Shown here one piece after another: positions 58,949 through 64,000 of a stretch of DNA of 64,000 nt (positions within the stretch are counted from its first letter, which is position 1; each line of letters begins with the position of its first letter). A program made the position numbers and the translations under genes. Source of the DNA: a virus (taxonomy: Duplodnaviria; Heunggongvirae; Uroviricota; Caudoviricetes); IMG/VR virus record IMGVR_UViG_3300029554_000003, positions 77,064 to 141,063 of that record. One strand, written 5' to 3'. Below the pieces are notes generated by a model, which was not told the origin of the DNA, searched no databases, and saw only the letters and a list, made by a program, of their open reading frames with translations.

Positions 58949-59392
58949 CTAATATACTTTTTCATAAATAAAAGAATCGTCACCAGTATAATAAAAATGC
59001 TGGATACCCTTATCACGCAAAGCGTGCAAGCACGCAGGACAACTTCGTGCTAAACCGAAATTAAATCGCTTTCCATTGCAGATACGATAAGTATATACCT
59101 TTACCTTTGAATAGTCAAGGTTGACATCAATACACTTTGGAATATTCAAAAGACAATCAATCTCTGCATGAAGATAATCATGAATAGGTTGACCATTCTC
59201 TCTAAACGTGCGATATTTGCGATTATACTTCTTTTGCAAAGGATTGGTCTTGCGACTATTGTGACCAGTAGCAAGAACTTTGCCTTTATAAGACATAACA
59301 GTGCCGAGTTTGAAAGGTTTATATGTAGATTCCAGTGCCGCCTTTCGCGCCAAATCAAACATCTTCATATCATGCTTACTAAACTCAGCCAT
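58949..59392 (-). CDS. CDA-fold zinc deaminase (dCMP deaminase or TadA-like)
   Basis: HAEIDCL (H-A-E) and SCPACLHAL (PCxxC) zinc-binding motifs. 147 aa. Confidence 0.55.
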   Translation of the reverse strand: MAEFSKHDMKMFDLARKAALESTYKPFKLGTVMSYKGKVLATGHNSRKTNPLQKKYNRKYRTFRENGQPIHDYLHAEIDCLLNIPKCIDVNLDYSKVKVYTYRICNGKRFNFGLARSCPACLHALRDKGIQHFYYTGDDSFIYEKVY

Positions 59393-59688
59393 TTATTAAA
59401 TCCTTTCACATCTTATATTATATATAATATCATAAGATGTATCCAGCGTCAAGAACTTTATTTCACCAAAGTAAAATTAGGATGATAACCAATTGACTTG
59501 CCGCATAGTGTAAGCAAGTTTACACAATTCGAGATAATACGCTCATACTCTTTAGTGCTATTGGCATTCTCCAATAGAGAGATAGAAGCGGCCATAGAAG
59601 TTTTTGCAAACTCTACAGGGCTTAACTCAATATAGATTTTTGTTTCTGGTGATAAATCATTCCAGTTCATATAACAGCATTCCCATCT

Positions 59689-60282
59689 TTAATCTAATAC
59701 TAGTTCCGTATTCTTCTTATATCGTTCATAATCCTCTTGCGGAACATCGAATACAGTAAAGATACCTGTCTTAATATACACGCCACCCATATTACCGTCA
59801 CGCTTAATGCGACTAAGCATGTCTTTCCATCCGTCCTCAATCACTTCAACGCGCTGTTTGTCTGGCGCTACGACATATGCGGCAGAATATTTGCGACCTT
59901 CTTCTTTGCTTACTTCACCGCTAAGATAAAGATACTGTGGAGTTTTACTAATATCTTCCTCATATGAACGATATATAGAAACCATGTTATCCATGAGGTT
60001 TCCTAAAACATAGATTTGAAGGATAGGACGCACATGCTTGTAATCACAGATAACAGTTGAAAGCCAGTCGTTCAAAGACATGTCCTCGCACTTAAACTCT
60101 GCACCAAAATCGTCCATCAACATAACTTCAAAGTCAAGTTCTTCTTCATAATCTTCGATGTTAAAGTCAATCGCTTCGGAGATATAATATTCAATTTCAT
60201 CATATGAAATAAGATTATCAAATTGTCCATATAAAGTATATGGAATATCATTTACAATAGCTTGAATCTTGCAATAACGCAT
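59689..60282 (-). CDS. hypothetical protein
   Basis: 197 aa ORF. Confidence 0.4.
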   Translation of the reverse strand: MRYCKIQAIVNDIPYTLYGQFDNLISYDEIEYYISEAIDFNIEDYEEELDFEVMLMDDFGAEFKCEDMSLNDWLSTVICDYKHVRPILQIYVLGNLMDNMVSIYRSYEEDISKTPQYLYLSGEVSKEEGRKYSAAYVVAPDKQRVEVIEDGWKDMLSRIKRDGNMGGVYIKTGIFTVFDVPQEDYERYKKNTELVLD

Positions 60283-60283
60283 A

Positions 60284-60856
60284 TTAACCTTTCATCCTAT
60301 AACGTCGAGAGTATTCCATCATACAACACGCGGCCGCTTGTGCAACATTTAATGAACGAATACTGCCATCTTGACGAATATAAATCATTTCATCGCACTT
60401 ATCAATGATTTCTTGCGGCAAACCATTGCACTCGCTACCATATACAAATGCGGATTTCATTGGAATATCTGCATCGAAAATATTCTGAGGATTATATTCA
60501 GGAATATTATCTACAGCAAAGATACTATATCCAAGAGGATGAAGAATTTCAATGACTTCATCAAAATTATCCGCATGATATACACGCTCTACATGAGTGC
60601 TACCCACGGCTCCTCTTCTGTCAAAGCGCTTGCGGCCAACGACATAAGTTTCCTTTGCAAGAAAACAATTAGACGCACGAATAATTGAACCTACATTAAA
60701 ACCGTGGTCAAGATTGATGCAGATGTTCACTAGCGGCATACGGTTAGGTTGAAGTGCCGCACGAATTTCCTCAGCAGACCACTTCTTATAAATGTCAATT
60801 ACATTGTTGCTTGGCTTTGCTTCGGTATTGATACCATGCGAATACTGAGTAATCAT
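60284..60856 (-). CDS. SpoU/TrmH-family RNA 2'-O-methyltransferase
   Basis: SPOUT motifs: …FVYGSECNGLPQEII… (motif 2-like) and …IYIRQDGSIRSLNVAQAAACCMMEY (motif 3, xSLNVsxAaai). 190 aa. Confidence 0.55.
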   Translation of the reverse strand: MITQYSHGINTEAKPSNNVIDIYKKWSAEEIRAALQPNRMPLVNICINLDHGFNVGSIIRASNCFLAKETYVVGRKRFDRRGAVGSTHVERVYHADNFDEVIEILHPLGYSIFAVDNIPEYNPQNIFDADIPMKSAFVYGSECNGLPQEIIDKCDEMIYIRQDGSIRSLNVAQAAACCMMEYSRRYRMKG

Positions 60857-61094
60857 AATATCCTTTACATATTAACCAGAATAGTAAGCATTAAATATCC
60901 ATAGTTCTTATCAACTTTAATATTGAAAGTAACCACATCTGCCTTTAAAATTGCGTCATGTTGTTCCTTTATCCATTCATTAAATGGAACAGAAGGAGTG
61001 CTCATTTCAGGAGTGTTATACATCGCAAATGAAATATATAAGTTATTTCGCGTATCATCATCAATAGCATCTAACAGACAATAAACATTCATAT

Positions 61095-61283
61095 TTACCA
61101 CTCAATCAATGAAAGCTGGTCAGTAAGGCGCTGGGACAGTTCATCATCTTCAATATAGAAAATATCTTCCTTATCATTTACAAGATAATTAGAGATAATC
61201 TGTCCAAAACGCTGGTCAGGATACTGTTCCCATAGGTCTTGAAACTTCACAAGAATATCATAGATTCTATTTACATCACGCAT
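61095..61283 (-). CDS. hypothetical small protein
   Basis: The track ORF runs to 61376; the likely start is MRDVNRIY at 61283. Confidence 0.3.
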   Translation of the reverse strand: MRDVNRIYDILVKFQDLWEQYPDQRFGQIISNYLVNDKEDIFYIEDDELSQRLTDQLSLIEW

Positions 61284-61626
61284 AATTGTTCCTTTCAAAT
61301 ATAAAATCAAGAGACTCCTACTGGTAATGCTCCAGTTTAAACGCCTTTGCAGGACGCTGCATAACTTTTCTGCCAAGGAGTTTCTTGACTTTATACTTGT
61401 ATTATATTATATATAAAGCCAAAGGTTAATTAAAACATTTCAAGAAATGCCTTATAGATTTCAAAACGAAACTTTTCAAAACGTGCGGCAAGTGCAACAT
61501 ATGAATAGCCGCATATAAAAAGTACGTATAGTACAAATAGACAATCTGCCATTATTACTCCCTAGAATTAAACATAAGACATGCTACAGTGTAGCCGAAA
61601 AAAGAAACCAATAGCAAAACAAATCA

Positions 61627-61809
61627 TTATTTCTTCTTCCAAATATTATCGCAGGTATATGGAACATTGTCAATATTTTTCTGTTGCGGACTTGCCTTAG
61701 AACGAATCTTTCTAGTTTCTAGCGCTATATGCTCCATATAACATTTTCCAACAATTGCCGCAATCACAAGAATAGTGATACAAATAATTGTAATAGACCC
61801 AATATCCAT
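61627..61809 (-). CDS. small membrane protein
   Basis: 60 aa with an N-terminal transmembrane segment (IICITILVIAAIVG). Conserved promoter copy upstream. Confidence 0.4.
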   Translation of the reverse strand: MDIGSITIICITILVIAAIVGKCYMEHIALETRKIRSKASPQQKNIDNVPYTCDNIWKKK

Positions 61810-61895
61810 TTTATCTCTTTCTCTTGGATTTTATTTGAATCTATTATATAATAAAAAAGTCCCAAAGTCAATAGAAACTTTGGGACTAATTTATA

Positions 61896-62828
61896 TTATT
61901 TTGTATTGACTACTGGAGTAGAGCCTTGCGGCACAACGACAGTATTACCATTCTTTGACATTTCCTTTAGAGCATCAATGTACTCTTGGGTTAGAACATT
62001 ATCAGTTAGAGACTCGTTGAGTACACGGTTTGCTTCTGCTTCTTTAGTAGCTTCAATAACCTTAGTCTCACCCTTAATCTTTGCAGTCTCCTGCTGATTC
62101 TGAGCCTTAGCTTTCTCTACTTCTGCGGCCTGAGAATCAGCATAAGCATTGGTAATGGATTTAGCATAAGAAATATCCTGAACGCTTACTTGCTCAACAG
62201 TAAGACCAATCTTAGACCACTTCTTTTCAAGAGCTTTTTGGACAGCCTTTGTGTACTGAGCGCGGTCAGTTAGCATTGTAATTGTATCGAATTGACCTGA
62301 AACTTCACGTGCAACAGAGCGTAGGTCATTAGCCGCGTAATTCTTAGTAAAGTTCTCTTGAGTGCCATATTCAGTGTAAAGATACTCAGCCGTCTTCGGG
62401 TCAAGGCTGTAGTTAATCTGAATATCAACATTAGCAGAAGAACCTGACTTATCATTTACAGTTACGCAAGGACCATCAGCGGAGCCACCATCATAGGAGT
62501 ATTCTGTGTCTTTACCGTAAAAGTTGATTAGGTTATTGCGCGTATCAAACGTAATTATATTGTTCCAAGGCGCAGTGAAATGAAAGCCTGCGTCTGTAGT
62601 AGACCCAGCTAGATTGCCGCCAAGAGAACGAAGAACAACTACTTCACCAACGTCTTGAGAATAGATGCTGCTAAGACCAATAGCAACTAGACCAAGCACG
62701 ATAACTATGACTCGCCTTCCTAGCGGAATACGCTCTTCATGTTCGTCTTCTTTGAAGAAGGATAGACATGTAGCAATTCCAGTAATCGTAATAAGAATAC
62801 CGATAGTAAAAAAAAGAATTTTAAACAT
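61896..62828 (-). CDS. SPFH/band-7 (stomatin/prohibitin-like) membrane protein
   Basis: Two N-terminal transmembrane segments, then an SPFH-like core (…VGEVVVLRSLGGNLAG…FHFTAPWNNIITFDTRN…), then an Ala/Glu/Lys-rich coiled-coil tail. Confidence 0.5.
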   Translation of the reverse strand: MFKILFFTIGILITITGIATCLSFFKEDEHEERIPLGRRVIVIVLGLVAIGLSSIYSQDVGEVVVLRSLGGNLAGSTTDAGFHFTAPWNNIITFDTRNNLINFYGKDTEYSYDGGSADGPCVTVNDKSGSSANVDIQINYSLDPKTAEYLYTEYGTQENFTKNYAANDLRSVAREVSGQFDTITMLTDRAQYTKAVQKALEKKWSKIGLTVEQVSVQDISYAKSITNAYADSQAAEVEKAKAQNQQETAKIKGETKVIEATKEAEANRVLNESLTDNVLTQEYIDALKEMSKNGNTVVVPQGSTPVVNTK

Positions 62829-62870
62829 TATAACCTTTCATCGTAGTTTGCTTCAATATTCAATTGTAAA

Positions 62871-63383
62871 CTAAATTGCTTTTAGCTGGTCAATGATTGG
62901 CAAAATTTGCATATTATTTGTGCCGATAGCGTAATTTTGCTGCTCTGAAATAAACACAATTCTGTCAAACGGCTCCCTGTCTTGCGGCGAAACCTTGCAT
63001 CTATACATTTCTGCAATTTCTTTTTCGCTTAGACGATGATATTTATCACGATTCTTATTGCGCGCAACTGCTACATTCTGTGGAGTCTCAACCCAAACAC
63101 AAATCACTTCACAACCATTGTAATTGACATTGTTGAAAAACTTATCGCGCTCGACACGATTGATATTGCGGTCATTTGCCACAACATAGCGATGTGATTT
63201 TAGAGCAATGTTGACTGCATTGTAGAAACGTTTGTCAACTGTATTAGCATCTTCTGAATTATACATGCGGCAATTGTCTCGCTTGATTGTCATACAATCT
63301 TCGTGCGAATCTTGAATTGCCTTTGCAAATACAGATTTACCACTTTGAGGTACACCGCACATTAAAATCAATGTATGCTTCAT
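62871..63383 (-). CDS. P-loop polynucleotide-kinase-like protein (second copy)
   Basis: LILMCGVPQSGKS Walker A. 170 aa. Paralogous in architecture to 44337..44816. Confidence 0.5.
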   Translation of the reverse strand: MKHTLILMCGVPQSGKSVFAKAIQDSHEDCMTIKRDNCRMYNSEDANTVDKRFYNAVNIALKSHRYVVANDRNINRVERDKFFNNVNYNGCEVICVWVETPQNVAVARNKNRDKYHRLSEKEIAEMYRCKVSPQDREPFDRIVFISEQQNYAIGTNNMQILPIIDQLKAI

Positions 63384-63389
63384 TTTAAC

Positions 63390-63770
63390 CTACCAATAAA
63401 TAGAGTACCTACTAATTGTAATATCAATACGGTCAACACCACGGAAAAATGTAACTTGACAATTTGACTCACGAGCTACGTGGTAGTTAAGAGAATCTTC
63501 AAGTGCGTCAAAAACTTCTTTTTGTTGGTTGGTAAAATCTTTTTCATCTGCTGGTACAAGTTTGCCGCTTTGAATGATTTTATCATAGAAATCTGAATCA
63601 TGCGGGAAAAGTTCTACCTTTGTCTTACCGCTATTGGCAGCTGCGGCAATCTCTTCCATTACAGTATTAAAATAGTCATATTTCTTAGCACGTTCAAATC
63701 GTTCGGTCTTCTTTTTTTCTAGCGCAGCGTTGCGCATCTGTCGTGCTTTTTCCACCGTAATTGGTTCCAT
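63390..63770 (-). CDS. hypothetical protein
   Basis: 126 aa, after the conserved promoter copy at 63771-63850. Confidence 0.4.
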   Translation of the reverse strand: MEPITVEKARQMRNAALEKKKTERFERAKKYDYFNTVMEEIAAAANSGKTKVELFPHDSDFYDKIIQSGKLVPADEKDFTNQQKEVFDALEDSLNYHVARESNCQVTFFRGVDRIDITISRYSIYW

Positions 63771-64000
63771 GTAATATCCTTTCTTTTATGCGTTGGCTAT
63801 ATTATAAACTATAGCTATTATATTTGTCAATAGTTTTTTAGAAATAATTTGAGTAAAAAATTTTTCTTGACAAAAGATTTGACAATCATTATACTTTTAA
63901 CTGGGTTGTTAAGGGGTTTACCCCTTAAATATATATAAAATAAATTATATTAGTTTATAATATAATTACACTAGTTTATAAATATATATATTGACTTTTA

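Noticed and set aside
1-64000. crAss-like/Bacteroides phage assignment (suggested by AT-richness and gene order terminase-portal-capsid)
   Set aside because: Promoters are TTGACA-N17-TATAAT, not the Bacteroides TTTG/TAnnTTTG type. Strong AGGAGG Shine-Dalgarno sites are present. A Gram-positive-type Rpf/IsaA secreted domain is present. A Firmicutes-like host is more likely.

Overview
This window is a tightly packed, AT-rich (~35% GC) segment of a tailed phage genome. The host is probably a low-GC Gram-positive bacterium. Three lines of evidence point that way: strong AGGAGG-type ribosome-binding sites, sigma-A-type TTGACA-N17-TATAAT promoters, and a secreted IsaA/Rpf-like transglycosylase. The window is organised in four blocks.

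First, a minus-strand packaging and morphogenesis module spans 1-19,700. In the order the genes are transcribed, it holds two zinc-ribbon proteins, the large terminase, the portal, a scaffold, the major capsid protein, head-tail joining proteins, tail proteins, a chaperone and the N-terminal part of the tape measure protein.

Second, a non-coding junction at 19,700-21,350 contains a compositionally foreign, ~65% GC island with one minus-strand gene.

Third, a plus-strand module at 21,366-28,363 has higher GC, its own promoter class (-10 TATACT) and a GC-rich intrinsic terminator after almost every gene. It encodes a DnaQ-like 3'-5' exonuclease, an NT5C/HAD nucleotidase and several hypothetical proteins.

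Fourth, a long minus-strand accessory region at 29,400-63,800 holds about 60 small genes. I found at least 24 copies of one near-consensus sigma-70 promoter plus a conserved 5' leader driving them. Many of the genes fall into tandem paralogue families. Embedded in this region are two tRNA/structured-RNA clusters (45.3-47.7 kb and 50.0-52.4 kb) and two GIY-YIG homing endonucleases. Also embedded is a striking set of RNA repair and modification enzymes: two P-loop polynucleotide-kinase-like proteins, a calcineurin-type metallophosphoesterase, an ATP-dependent RNA ligase, an RlmN/Cfr-family radical-SAM methyltransferase, a SpoU/TrmH-family 2'-O-methyltransferase and a CDA-fold deaminase. Other genes in the region are a RuvB-like AAA+ ATPase, an SPFH/band-7 membrane protein, a secreted Rpf/IsaA-like transglycosylase and a helix-turn-helix (HTH) protein that sits next to an iteron array.

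The most interesting unexplained content is non-coding. There are two GC-rich, hairpin-dense RNA regions of ~400-490 nt. There is a family of at least five ~75-105 nt repeat elements with conserved termini. There are isolated GGTTCGACTCC T-arm hairpins at the 5' ends of duplicated tRNA-cluster leaders. And there are several non-canonical tRNAs that standard scanners would probably miss.
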